DNA from: a virus
Length of the DNA: 64,000 nt
Virus record (IMG/VR): IMGVR_UViG_3300029448_000003
Coordinates: 32,001 to 96,000 of that record
Direction: 5' to 3' (one strand)
Positions 46,422 to 56,982 of the stretch are shown piece after piece. The translations under genes were made by a program, and so were the position numbers. Within the stretch, counting starts at the first letter, position 1; the number at the start of each line of letters is the position of its first letter. The notes under the pieces are model-generated. The model saw only the letters and a list, made by a program, of their open reading frames with translations, had not been told where the DNA came from and did no database searches.

Positions 46422-49400
46422 TGGCAGATACTTTACAAACCTTACCCTTAGAATTTAGTGGTGGTTTAATTACAAGTTTATCACCACTACAACAAGGAAC
46501 AAAAGCTCCCGGATCAGCACGAAAGCTTGTTAACTTTGAGCCTTCTGTTGGTGGTGGTTATAGAAGATTAGAAGGGTATGTAAAGTATGCAGACGATATT
46601 GTTCCCCCATACGGAGAACCTAGTCTATTTAGTCAAATAGCAAAAGATGCTAATACAAGCATCACAATACAAAACTTATCTATGCAACCTGCCGTAGGTG
46701 ACACATTTGAAGTTAGAGGTCGTACTGCAACAGCACTTGTTAATAACGATAGTGGTAGTGCAGATACATCTGTTCCTATAGACAATATAGTAGGACCTAT
46801 CACTATAGGTATGGCTGTTAGTGGAACAGGTATAAGTGCAGGAACTACTGTAACAAACATTACTACTCAGCAAAATGGTCTTAATACAATATATACTGTA
46901 GTTTTAAGTGCTTCTGTAGCATTAACTAATAATGTAACACTAACATTTACTTCTGATACTAAAACTTACACGATACAGGATTTATCTTCTACTTTTGAGT
47001 TTTCAACGCAGCAAGTTACCATTTCTCCTGCTTTATCTTATCAAACAGCACATAATGAAAAAATAGTCTTTACAAAAGGAACAAACTCTGATATACTAGG
47101 AGTACATATTTGGAACGATACAACAGTTGTTGCAAGAGGTTTAGATTTATACACAAGTAAAGGTGGTGGTTGGACAAAAATTAGTACACCAGATTATGGA
47201 CAAGCTTCTATAAAATATGGAATTGAAACAAATACCTCTGTAATATTTACTGGTTTAAATCAAATGCCAAAAATAGGAGATACTTTTACTGTAGAAGATT
47301 CTTATCGTGATTATACTTTTCCTTATCATAATATAAATGATGGCAGATTTCATAAAGCTGTTTATATAATTACAAAAGTTGAAAATTATAACAATGCTTT
47401 TACAGAAACACAAGTTGAACAAGATGGAGTAGCTAACAAAGGAACAGCTTTAATAACTTTTAGAACTAGGTATACTCACAATAATTATAATTACTACAAC
47501 ACTGGACAATCTACTAATGGTTTAACGATATCTGTACAAGAAGGGGATCGTGTTAAATTTCAAAGTGCTTATAGCAGAGAAAAAACAACGTCACGTTTTA
47601 GATTTGCTAATTTTAATTTTGATGGTGTAGAAAAATTTATTGCTGTAGATGGTAAAAACGCTCCAGTATATTATGATGGGGGTAGTTTTAAATCATTAGC
47701 TAGATATGTAGATTCTAATGGAATAGAAAAAGATACACCAAATGATATTATAGGTGCTTCTTTTGTTACAGAATTTAAAAATCACATTTTTTATGGAAAT
47801 AAAAACATATTAGCTCATTCGCAAATAAATACGTTTTCAGGTTTTGATGCTTCTGTGGGAGCAACAACACGAAATGTAGGAAATGACATTTCAGGTTTTG
47901 AAGTTTTTCGTAACCAACTTATTATATTTGGAAGACAACGCATACAAAAAATTACAGGAATGGGAGAAGTAGATTGGGCTCTACAACCTATTACAACAGA
48001 TATAGGTTGTCCTTATCCAGATACTATAAAAGAAATAGGTGGGGATATAGTATTTTTAGGACCTGATGGTGTTCGTTCTTTAAGTGGAACAGAACAATTT
48101 AATGAGTTTAATTTAGCTGTTATTTCTAAAAATATTCAAGATGAAATAACAACTTTAATAAAAGATAATTTAGAATTTTGTAGTATGGTAGTTAGAGGTA
48201 AATCTCAATATCGTTTATTTGGTTACAAAAAAGATAGAGAAGCTATTGCAGGAACAACTACTGAAGGTTTTATAGGTACTCAACTAGCTGAAGGTTTTTC
48301 ATGGAGTACTATCTCAGGGTACAAAGCAAAAATAGCAACAAGTTCTTATCTAGCTTATCCTACAGACATAGATGAATTAATTCTATATGCTAATGAAACA
48401 GAGCATATTTATCAAATGGAAAAAGGTACAACGTTAGATGGTTCTGACATTGTTGCACGGTATGCTTCTCCTTTTATGCCTATACGTGACCCACAGAAAA
48501 GAAAATCATTACATAAGATGAAATTATTTACTGATCCTGAAGGAGATGTAGTTGGAGATGTATCTATTAAATTTGATTTTGAAGATAGTAATATTATACA
48601 GCCTGAAGCAATACCAATTACAAACGTAACAAATACTGCTACTACAGCAAAATATAATACAAGTAAAACTATGCATAGTGGTATTATTTATGCAAATACT
48701 GCAACAGGATATAATAGTACAACAGCAAATAAATTAAAAATGATTGGTTTAACTAGACCACTACAGGTAGGAGATGTTGTTCGTTTTTCAGGAATACATC
48801 AGCAATACTCAACAGCAGACGGTATATCTTTAACACAGTATGGTAATCTTCTGTTTAATAGTACTGGTTTGATAAAAAATTATAGCAATTCAAGCTCATC
48901 TTTAAATTTAAGTTTTACGCATCCTCTTTTTACAACACGGTTTGTAAAATTTCTTAATCCTACAAGTAGATTAGACTATCAATTTGGAACAGATAATGTT
49001 GTAGCTGACGCAACTAGTGGTTGGGGTACAGTTTTAAAAGGTGGTACTTTAATTATTGATGTTAGTGATAGTAGCATGGCAGGTAAAAGTGTATTTTTCT
49101 CAACTACTGCTGATGGAACACATGGTGGTGGAACACCTATACTAGACGGATACGATACTGGAGATATACCTGCAGGAAGTAATGGAGCAAAGATAACATG
49201 GACTATTCCAACAAATTTAAGTGGTGCTGTGTATTATTATGTTGCTGAAAATTCAGGTTTAGGAAATACTGGAAATCTAACTTTTGAAAGTTTAGGCACA
49301 CAAATAACTACAACGTCTTCTCCAATACCAACAAGTATGGAGTTTGAAGTTGCTAGTTTAGTAGATTATCCGGGAAATGGAAGTTGGCTATCTTCTATAG

Positions 49401-49807
49401 CAAACAATACAGGAATGGTTAATAATGGTTTTACAGCTAATGCTGCAAACCTAGAGTATAAAAATGCTAATAATCAAACACGCTATGCACAAGAAGCTAT
49501 TTTCTTTCAAAAAGGCTTTACTGCTCCTAATAGTGGTAATACAACATCAGGTGAAAATTTTTATTTATCAGGGTTAGGGCTAGAAGGAGCTACACATTTT
49601 TATGTAGTAACCGATCCTGATCCATTATTATTAAATGACCAAGAAATTAATAAATTTCCTGTTCAAGACAGCATTAAAAAAGTGTATGAAAAACAATTAA
49701 TCGGTTCAGGTTTTAATGCATCATTAGATTTTACAACAACAGATAAATCAAAACCATATTCAATTGATATGGCTACATTTGATTACATAGAACATTCACA
49801 TTCGTAA
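46421..49807 (+). CDS. Putative tail nozzle/stabilisation protein (tubular B or P22 gp10-like) with insertions
   Basis: FSGGL, NFEP...GGYRR, IGC...DTI.EIGGD..FL.PDG.R beta-propeller-like core. Confidence 0.7.
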   Translation: MADTLQTLPLEFSGGLITSLSPLQQGTKAPGSARKLVNFEPSVGGGYRRLEGYVKYADDIVPPYGEPSLFSQIAKDANTSITIQNLSMQPAVGDTFEVRGRTATALVNNDSGSADTSVPIDNIVGPITIGMAVSGTGISAGTTVTNITTQQNGLNTIYTVVLSASVALTNNVTLTFTSDTKTYTIQDLSSTFEFSTQQVTISPALSYQTAHNEKIVFTKGTNSDILGVHIWNDTTVVARGLDLYTSKGGGWTKISTPDYGQASIKYGIETNTSVIFTGLNQMPKIGDTFTVEDSYRDYTFPYHNINDGRFHKAVYIITKVENYNNAFTETQVEQDGVANKGTALITFRTRYTHNNYNYYNTGQSTNGLTISVQEGDRVKFQSAYSREKTTSRFRFANFNFDGVEKFIAVDGKNAPVYYDGGSFKSLARYVDSNGIEKDTPNDIIGASFVTEFKNHIFYGNKNILAHSQINTFSGFDASVGATTRNVGNDISGFEVFRNQLIIFGRQRIQKITGMGEVDWALQPITTDIGCPYPDTIKEIGGDIVFLGPDGVRSLSGTEQFNEFNLAVISKNIQDEITTLIKDNLEFCSMVVRGKSQYRLFGYKKDREAIAGTTTEGFIGTQLAEGFSWSTISGYKAKIATSSYLAYPTDIDELILYANETEHIYQMEKGTTLDGSDIVARYASPFMPIRDPQKRKSLHKMKLFTDPEGDVVGDVSIKFDFEDSNIIQPEAIPITNVTNTATTAKYNTSKTMHSGIIYANTATGYNSTTANKLKMIGLTRPLQVGDVVRFSGIHQQYSTADGISLTQYGNLLFNSTGLIKNYSNSSSSLNLSFTHPLFTTRFVKFLNPTSRLDYQFGTDNVVADATSGWGTVLKGGTLIIDVSDSSMAGKSVFFSTTADGTHGGGTPILDGYDTGDIPAGSNGAKITWTIPTNLSGAVYYYVAENSGLGNTGNLTFESLGTQITTTSSPIPTSMEFEVASLVDYPGNGSWLSSIANNTGMVNNGFTANAANLEYKNANNQTRYAQEAIFFQKGFTAPNSGNTTSGENFYLSGLGLEGATHFYVVTDPDPLLLNDQEINKFPVQDSIKKVYEKQLIGSGFNASLDFTTTDKSKPYSIDMATFDYIEHSHS

Positions 49808-49819
49808 GGAGAAAACATT

Positions 49820-51343
49820 ATGCCAATAGGATATGCAAGTCGAAATGACACATCTAATAACATTGCTTCAGGACAAGTATTAAATGCTGCAGATTTAGAT
49901 GGAGAGTTTGATGCCATTCTAGTTGCTTTTAACAGCACGACAGGACATACGCATGATGGTGTGTCAAGTGGTCAAGGAGGTCCAGTTTCAAAAGTAGGTG
50001 AAACGGTTGGTGGGGATTTAGAAGTTATATCTTCTGGTATATTTCCAACAGTAACAGCTACTTTAGATATAGGTAAACCTACTGCAACGTTTAATAACAT
50101 CTATATTGGAGATAATAAATACCTTTATATAGGAGCAGATTCGGATTATAAACTAGGTTATAGTTCATCTGATACTGCTTTTTGTATTGAAGCTGCTAAT
50201 TCTCAACCTATTGATATACGTTTAAAAGCAGATAGGGGTGATAATAATGGTGATATATGGGTACTAGAAACATTAGATAGTTCAGGTGGTGGTGATTTTG
50301 TATTAAAAAATAATATTTCTGGTAGTTTTGTTGATATGTTTAAAATAGACCCTCATTCTACTGCTACGTCTATTGAAACTACAATTACAGGTTCATTAGT
50401 TACTACACACGACATGACATTAAAAAATGATGGTGCAATTTTAGGTTTTGGTGCAGATACAGATACAACTCTAACACACACAGACGGAACAGGTTTAACT
50501 CTTAATGGCACAAATAAGTTAACATTTGGAGATGCCGCTAGTTTTATACATCAAAGTTCCGATGGTACTTTAGTTATAGATGGTGAACAGGAAATTCATT
50601 TAGATGCTTCAACACAAGTATCAATAACTACACCAAAACTAAAATTAGATAGTGATGGTGCTTATATAGGTTTTGGTGCAAATAATGAAGTAACACTTAC
50701 TCATGTTCATAATGATGGATTAAAACTTTCTGGTAATGACCAATTACAATTTGGTGATAGTGGCACGTATATTCATCAATCTGCTGATGGTGTTCTTGAT
50801 TTAGTTTCAGATACAGAAATAGAGATTAATGCTAATACAGTAGATATTAATGCTAGTATAGATGTATCAGGTACGTCTTTGTTTGCAGGAGCTACAACAC
50901 ACTCTGCTGGTATTCAAATAGCAGACGGTGGTACAATTGGGTCTGTAAGTGATACAGATGCTATGACTATTTCTGGTGCAGGACTTGTCACATTCTCAAA
51001 ACCTGTTGTACCTGCAACACAAACGGCAGCATTTAGTTCTCTTTCTTCAGGTGTATTAAACTTTGATAGTTTTCAAAATTTTGTAATAACTTTAGGAACA
51101 GGTACAAATACTTTTGGTGCACCTACTACTGAAGCAGGAAATATAGGTCAAACAGGTACGCTTATTTTAGTGCAACCTTCAGGTGGTACAGCAGGTACTG
51201 TATCAATGCATGCTGATTACAAAACAATTGGAAACGCTACTATATCGCTTTCAAGTGGAGCATCTAAAGTTGATCTTATTCCTTACATTATTCAATCAGA
51301 AAATAATATTCTATTGGGCAACACAGAGTTAGATTTCTCATAA
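49820..51343 (+). CDS. Tail fibre protein
   Basis: A.DLD.EF.AI..AF....GHTHDG; internal repeats FGA..(D/E).TLTH and L.FGD....IHQS.DG. Confidence 0.75.
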   Translation: MPIGYASRNDTSNNIASGQVLNAADLDGEFDAILVAFNSTTGHTHDGVSSGQGGPVSKVGETVGGDLEVISSGIFPTVTATLDIGKPTATFNNIYIGDNKYLYIGADSDYKLGYSSSDTAFCIEAANSQPIDIRLKADRGDNNGDIWVLETLDSSGGGDFVLKNNISGSFVDMFKIDPHSTATSIETTITGSLVTTHDMTLKNDGAILGFGADTDTTLTHTDGTGLTLNGTNKLTFGDAASFIHQSSDGTLVIDGEQEIHLDASTQVSITTPKLKLDSDGAYIGFGANNEVTLTHVHNDGLKLSGNDQLQFGDSGTYIHQSADGVLDLVSDTEIEINANTVDINASIDVSGTSLFAGATTHSAGIQIADGGTIGSVSDTDAMTISGAGLVTFSKPVVPATQTAAFSSLSSGVLNFDSFQNFVITLGTGTNTFGAPTTEAGNIGQTGTLILVQPSGGTAGTVSMHADYKTIGNATISLSSGASKVDLIPYIIQSENNILLGNTELDFS

Positions 51344-54300
51344 TGGCAGGTTTAGGTACATTTTTCTTTGGTGTTCCTCGTGTATACCCACATCAAATAC
51401 AGCAATCTTTAAAATTAGGAGGTGCAAACTTCTGGTATACTACCGAAATGTACAATAATAATGAAGATCATTTACTAGGTAGAAGACATTATTTAGCCAA
51501 AACATATGAATCTGCTAGTACGTCTACTGCGTGTACTATAGCAACGTGGTGGAAACCGTATCAAGATAACATAGCTTATTTAGGTGGTGGAACACATAAT
51601 ATATTTCAAGCATACACAAGTGGAACATGGTCAGGTTCAGTAGAGGATACTACATTTGCATCTTTATATTTTACAGCAAGAGAAAACAGTAATCCAGTAA
51701 TAGGTCAAAATCCAGCATTAGCAAGGCAATTTTTTATAACTGGTGGTAATGATACATATTCTACAGGGGGTGGTTCTCTTGAATTAATTGCTGTAACAAA
51801 TGGTGATTGTGTAATTAGAAGAACTGTTCAGGATTTTGTAATAGATACAAATTGGATGCATATAGTATGTCGTATGGACACTACTAACGGAACATTTAAT
51901 ATATATATAAACGGAGAAGATCAAGCTTTGAGAACAGATAATGGAGGTAGTAATTGGACTTCTCTTGTCGAGTGTCCTTCTGATAGTACTAGCCTTGCTT
52001 TTGGTCAAAATTGTATTCATTATATAGGTGGTAATACTGCTAAAGCCAATGGTTCACCCCCTCGAAAATTTGCATGGCAAGATCAGAGTATAGGTCTTGC
52101 AGATTTTCATTTTATAGATGGTCAAGCTTTAGAGCCAAAACATTTTGGAAGACGTAACGAATATGGTTTATGGGTCCCTAAAGACACTAGTAATATTAAC
52201 TTTGGTGCAAATGGATGTAGACTTGATTTTTCTGATAAAAATAATATAGGAAATGATATAAGTGGTAATGGCAATCATTATAATGCAGATTTAGCTATAG
52301 GTCAGGCTATAACTCCTACAACATTAGAAACTGGATATCCTGCAGGTGTACATAATTATTCAAAAGATTCTCCTACTAATACCTTTTGTGTTCTTGACAA
52401 TCCGGGAGCTACTAATAATTTTTCAGATTTTTACAACCACGCAGAAACAGGTTCAATATTAGGAACTTCTTTATGGTCAAGTGATAATGAAGATTTAAGA
52501 ATATCTAGGTTTTCTAATTGGCTTTTAAGAAGTGGTAAGTGGTATGTAGAATTTCATTCACCTTCATGGGTTGAACATGCTGTAATAGGAATACAACGAG
52601 CCACCAATTATATTTTCGGACAGTCCATAAATTCTAACGTTACTGGTTTTGGCAGAGGTACATTAGCATTTTATAATGGTAGTGGTGGTTCTGGAGCAAA
52701 TAATGGGCAATATATTGAAAGTGTAGATACTTCTATAGCAACTGCGTTAGCAGGTTCAGGAATATCTAATTTTAGTGATGTAGTTGCTTTAAAAATAGAT
52801 TTAGAAAGCAACACAAAGTCTGTAGAATTAGTAAAATGTAATGCTGATAATACTTTTACAAGTATTCAATCCCTTAATATTAGTAACGATTTACTTAACT
52901 ATGATTTTAATGAAGGAGTTCCCTTTCGTATATTTATAACTGGTAAATTTATATATGAAGATGTTGGTAATTCTTGGGATAATACAGCACATGCAAATTT
53001 TGGACAAGATAGCACTTTTAATGGTTTTAAACCTTCAGGATCACATAATGCTACAGATGAAAATGGGCATGGAAATTTTCATAACACTCCACCATCAGGG
53101 TTTTTAGCTATGTGTTCTTCTAATGCTCCTAATCCTTCTATAGCTGTTGATGACGGAAGGATTAATTCTTTTAAATCACATTTTGACGTAATTAGATATT
53201 CAGTTCCTGCACAGGCAACGCTAGGAAACGGAGAAACATTAAATATTACAAAACAATCTAAAATAAAACCTGATTTTGTAATGTTAAAAGACTTATCTTC
53301 TTCTGGGGGTATTAAATTTTGGGATTCTAGTAGAGGTGCTAATAAAATGTTAAGTACGGATGAAGATGCTGTAGAATCTACTAACGATGCTGATGGCTAT
53401 ATTAGTTCTTTTAATGGTGGTGGTTTTACATTAACAGGTGGTTCAAATAGTGCTGACAATGTTTATAATAGCCATAATAGTAATATAAACAATTATGTTG
53501 CTATGTGTTGGAAAGCAAACGGTGGTGTAACAACAACAAATGATGCAAGTGAAACAGGAATAGGAACACTAGACAGTACCTATCAAGCAAACACAGATGC
53601 AGGTTTTAGTATTGTTACTTTTAATCGTAATGGTGGTGGTTTAGTAGCTCATGGGTTAGGTAAAAAACCTGCTTTTATACTTATGAAATCTCTTACTGCT
53701 GATAGTAGTACTGCTTGGGGAAGTGACCAACCTGTAACTGTTTTTCATAAATACTCAGCTTTTGATTGGGATGCATACAATAGTGGAACAGATACTACTA
53801 CATTTAATTATAATGGTAATTGGAAACATGATTCAATAGGACCAGAAGAAGTTATTATGAGTTTTTCATCTGATGCTACAGGAGCAGAATTGGATAGAAA
53901 AACAATCTCTAATACGGACATACGTTTAGGAGCATGGAAAGATAGTGATGGAGGAACAGATGACCCAACATCAACTACGTTTTCTGTTACAGACAAACAA
54001 GGAACAATATCTTCAAACGTAAACGCTGTTGCATATTGTTGGGCAGAGATACCGGGTTATTCAGCTTTTACTGGTTTATATGCACCCAATTTTGCTAATA
54101 TTGGAAATTATCTTTTTGTTCCTTTGGGATTTAGACCTAAATTTGTTATAATGAAACCTATGTTTGGTCAAGAAGAATGGTCTATGTTTACAGATGAAAT
54201 ATCTGAAAGTACAAATAATTTTTCTACTAAGTTTCATCATTATATAAGTACACCATTTAATCAAAGCACAGATAACGTAGGTACAACGACTACTACAGGG

Positions 54301-54468
54301 CATCAACTTTGGAGTGGAACGTCTACTTTTCCAACAACAGTACAGTTTAAACACGATGGAATTTATATGCACGGTGCACCTGATCCATCGCCTTCAAATG
54401 GAACAACAGGATATTATATAGTCTGTGCATGGGCAGACATACCGTTTAAATATGCGAGTGGATTTTAA
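51343..54468 (+). CDS. Large receptor-binding/lectin-like virion protein (ConA/LamG plus SPRY-like)
   Basis: WMHIV, FIDGQAL.P..FG, D.SGNGNH, DSPTN.F, SGKWY.E, NFGQ, PPSGFLAMC, AGFSIVT, HGLG..P. Confidence 0.8.
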   Translation: MAGLGTFFFGVPRVYPHQIQQSLKLGGANFWYTTEMYNNNEDHLLGRRHYLAKTYESASTSTACTIATWWKPYQDNIAYLGGGTHNIFQAYTSGTWSGSVEDTTFASLYFTARENSNPVIGQNPALARQFFITGGNDTYSTGGGSLELIAVTNGDCVIRRTVQDFVIDTNWMHIVCRMDTTNGTFNIYINGEDQALRTDNGGSNWTSLVECPSDSTSLAFGQNCIHYIGGNTAKANGSPPRKFAWQDQSIGLADFHFIDGQALEPKHFGRRNEYGLWVPKDTSNINFGANGCRLDFSDKNNIGNDISGNGNHYNADLAIGQAITPTTLETGYPAGVHNYSKDSPTNTFCVLDNPGATNNFSDFYNHAETGSILGTSLWSSDNEDLRISRFSNWLLRSGKWYVEFHSPSWVEHAVIGIQRATNYIFGQSINSNVTGFGRGTLAFYNGSGGSGANNGQYIESVDTSIATALAGSGISNFSDVVALKIDLESNTKSVELVKCNADNTFTSIQSLNISNDLLNYDFNEGVPFRIFITGKFIYEDVGNSWDNTAHANFGQDSTFNGFKPSGSHNATDENGHGNFHNTPPSGFLAMCSSNAPNPSIAVDDGRINSFKSHFDVIRYSVPAQATLGNGETLNITKQSKIKPDFVMLKDLSSSGGIKFWDSSRGANKMLSTDEDAVESTNDADGYISSFNGGGFTLTGGSNSADNVYNSHNSNINNYVAMCWKANGGVTTTNDASETGIGTLDSTYQANTDAGFSIVTFNRNGGGLVAHGLGKKPAFILMKSLTADSSTAWGSDQPVTVFHKYSAFDWDAYNSGTDTTTFNYNGNWKHDSIGPEEVIMSFSSDATGAELDRKTISNTDIRLGAWKDSDGGTDDPTSTTFSVTDKQGTISSNVNAVAYCWAEIPGYSAFTGLYAPNFANIGNYLFVPLGFRPKFVIMKPMFGQEEWSMFTDEISESTNNFSTKFHHYISTPFNQSTDNVGTTTTTGHQLWSGTSTFPTTVQFKHDGIYMHGAPDPSPSNGTTGYYIVCAWADIPFKYASGF

Positions 54469-54469
54469 T

Positions 54470-54703
54470 ATGGAAATAAATCCTATACTATTTTGGAATG
54501 GAATACTTACAGTTGTAATAGCACCTGCTATATGGGTTTTTCGTGGTATGTTTGTAGAAATAAAAAGACTTGACATACTATTAAATAAAACAAGAGAAGA
54601 ATATGCAAAACGTGATGACGTTAAAGAAGATATGCATACTGTAATGGATGCTCTTCAAAGATTAGAAGATAAATTAGATAAAATATTAATAGGAAATAAA
54701 TAA
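54470..54703 (+). CDS. Small TM plus coiled-coil protein
   Basis: Start MEINPILFWN; ILLNKTREEYA, RLEDKLD. Confidence 0.7.
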   Translation: MEINPILFWNGILTVVIAPAIWVFRGMFVEIKRLDILLNKTREEYAKRDDVKEDMHTVMDALQRLEDKLDKILIGNK

Positions 54704-54714
54704 AGGGGAATATT

Positions 54715-56235
54715 GTGGCAGAACAAGTAGTCGATAACAATTTATTAAGTGGTTTAACAGAAGGTGTAGCAGAAACGGTAGTATCGGATAAAAGCACAAC
54801 AAACCTAACAGAAGGTACTGAAGGAGATGATGCAGGAACAAGTGTAGCCGAAGGAACGACAGCTTTAGGTGAAAAAATAGCAGATCGTGCACAAGACCCT
54901 TCTTTCGATGAAAATGACGGCAGAAAATTTGAAACGGTAGATTTCTCAGAAAAAGATAAATCCGATGGTAAAATTTCTGATAGCACATATGTTGGTGCAG
55001 ACGGTCAAACCTATAGTAAAAAAACTGGACAAGTTGTTGGAGTAATTGATACGACAACAACAACAGTAGATGGTGCTCAACAAGCAAATGTTCCAACAGA
55101 TGACTATGATATAGAATCGGAAGACGAAGAATTAGATGATCTTGCTAAAATAGAAGCTGCTCAAGCTACAATGACAGCAGATGAAAAACAAGCTTATGCT
55201 GATGCTTTAGCGGCAGGTCAAGCTACACCTGATGAACTTGCTACAATTCAAGGGCAACTTAAAGGTTTAAACGCAGACATACAGGATGGTACAGTTCCTT
55301 TGTACTCAAAGGGTGCATACAGAAGTGCAATGAAAACAATGGCTCAAATGGGTCTAGGTGGTTCTATGATGGCAAGTGATTATGTCTATGGTGCTGTTAT
55401 GGAATCTCAAATGCGTATTGCAGAAAAAGATGCAAATGTATTTGCTGAATATGGTTTAAAGAACGCATCTAATGCACAGATGGCACATTTAGCAAAAGCG
55501 GCAGCTCTGTCTTCTATTAACATGGCAAACTTAAATGCTAGACAGCAAGCTAATGTAGAAAATGCAAAAAATTTTTTAAAAGTACAATTAACTAATATGG
55601 ACAATGAGCAACAATCAAAAATATTTAATGCTCAAATGCAACAAACTTTTATGCTCTCCGATCAAGCGGCAGAAAACGCGGCAAAAAACTTTAATGCTTC
55701 ATCTGAAAATCAAGTAAAAATGTTCTACGATAATTTAACGTCAACGGTTGAACAGTATAATGCAGGACAAGTAAATGCTACTAATCAATTTAATGCTGGA
55801 CAAACAAATTCAATGGAACAGTTTACTACTAAAATGAATGATTTACGTGAGCAATTTAATGCCGCAAATCAATTGGTTGTTGAACAGTTTAATGCACAAT
55901 GGAAACAAAATATTGCTACTACAGAAAACGCTCAAGACAATGCTGCGAATGAAACAAATGCTAAAGCTTTACTTGACATTTCTAATACATCCTATGCTAA
56001 TCTATGGAATCAAATGAGTGATTTAATGGAGTGGGCATGGACAAGTGGAGAAAATGCATCAGATAGAATACACGAAATGTCTATGGCTGAACTAGATGCT
56101 AAAATGAAACAGTATATGTCTGATATGGATTATAGTGTAGCAGAACGAGAATCTCTTGGTGGTATGTTTTCAGATATATTAACAAACCCTGTTGCAGGAT
56201 CAATACTTACTAAATTTATAGGATGGATTTCATAG
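54715..56235 (+). CDS. Putative internal virion/ejection protein (Asn/Gln/Ala repeats)
   Basis: Repeated QFNA motifs. Confidence 0.65.
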   Translation: MAEQVVDNNLLSGLTEGVAETVVSDKSTTNLTEGTEGDDAGTSVAEGTTALGEKIADRAQDPSFDENDGRKFETVDFSEKDKSDGKISDSTYVGADGQTYSKKTGQVVGVIDTTTTTVDGAQQANVPTDDYDIESEDEELDDLAKIEAAQATMTADEKQAYADALAAGQATPDELATIQGQLKGLNADIQDGTVPLYSKGAYRSAMKTMAQMGLGGSMMASDYVYGAVMESQMRIAEKDANVFAEYGLKNASNAQMAHLAKAAALSSINMANLNARQQANVENAKNFLKVQLTNMDNEQQSKIFNAQMQQTFMLSDQAAENAAKNFNASSENQVKMFYDNLTSTVEQYNAGQVNATNQFNAGQTNSMEQFTTKMNDLREQFNAANQLVVEQFNAQWKQNIATTENAQDNAANETNAKALLDISNTSYANLWNQMSDLMEWAWTSGENASDRIHEMSMAELDAKMKQYMSDMDYSVAERESLGGMFSDILTNPVAGSILTKFIGWIS

Positions 56236-56246
56236 GAGAATAAAAA

Positions 56247-56483
56247 ATGATGAACAATTCAGGTAGAATATTATATGCTAGGCTTAGTCCTTTTGTGGAC
56301 AAAGAAGCTGTAGACGATAAACCCAAAGAAACAAAAGGGTTAATGACTAAAAAATATGCACAAGGGGGTTTGGCTACAACACAAGAAGAAAAACCTGTTG
56401 CAATAAAAGTTATAGATTATATGCGTTCAGTTAGAAATAGCATGAAGGTACAAAAAGAGGAGAATACAGATGGGATTCAGTAG
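56247..56483 (+). CDS. Small virion-associated protein
   Basis: AGGAG RBS; KGLMTKK and YAQGGLA motifs. Confidence 0.65.
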   Translation: MMNNSGRILYARLSPFVDKEAVDDKPKETKGLMTKKYAQGGLATTQEEKPVAIKVIDYMRSVRNSMKVQKEENTDGIQ

Positions 56484-56982
56484 TTCAGTTAAAGCTTTTT
56501 CAGCACCAATTCCCGGTCAAGGAATGACAGCAGAACCTAAGAGCAGACCTTGGAATAATCCTGCACAGTTTAAAAATGTTGAAGAAGCATTAGAGTTTTA
56601 CATTCCTCGTATTGCAGAAAAAAGTGCAATGGCTAGACTAGTAGACGCTATGGAAAAGGGTATACCTATAACTGTTTTAGCTGAAACATTAACAACAGGT
56701 GGTGTTATGCAAGGATTGCATACTATAGATGTAGCAATACTGTTAAACCCTATTATAATAGAATTTTTAAAAGGTATAGCAGAAAATGCTGGAGTTAAAT
56801 ATACGTTAGGTGATAAAACATTAGAAGATGAAAAAGCTGATCCGTCTATATTAAAAGAAGCTATGCAAAAATTTAGAGAACAAAAAGGAAATCAGAGTAT
56901 GGCACAAGAAATGCCTATGCAAGAAGAAATGCCACAAGAAGAAACAGAAGGTTTGATGTCTAGGAGAGGAGCAACAGAATAA
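56470..56982 (+). CDS. Conserved virion-associated protein
   Basis: APIPGQ.MT.EP...PW..P, G.HTIDV..L; C-terminal GLMSRR. Confidence 0.75.
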   Translation: MGFSSSVKAFSAPIPGQGMTAEPKSRPWNNPAQFKNVEEALEFYIPRIAEKSAMARLVDAMEKGIPITVLAETLTTGGVMQGLHTIDVAILLNPIIIEFLKGIAENAGVKYTLGDKTLEDEKADPSILKEAMQKFREQKGNQSMAQEMPMQEEMPQEETEGLMSRRGATE

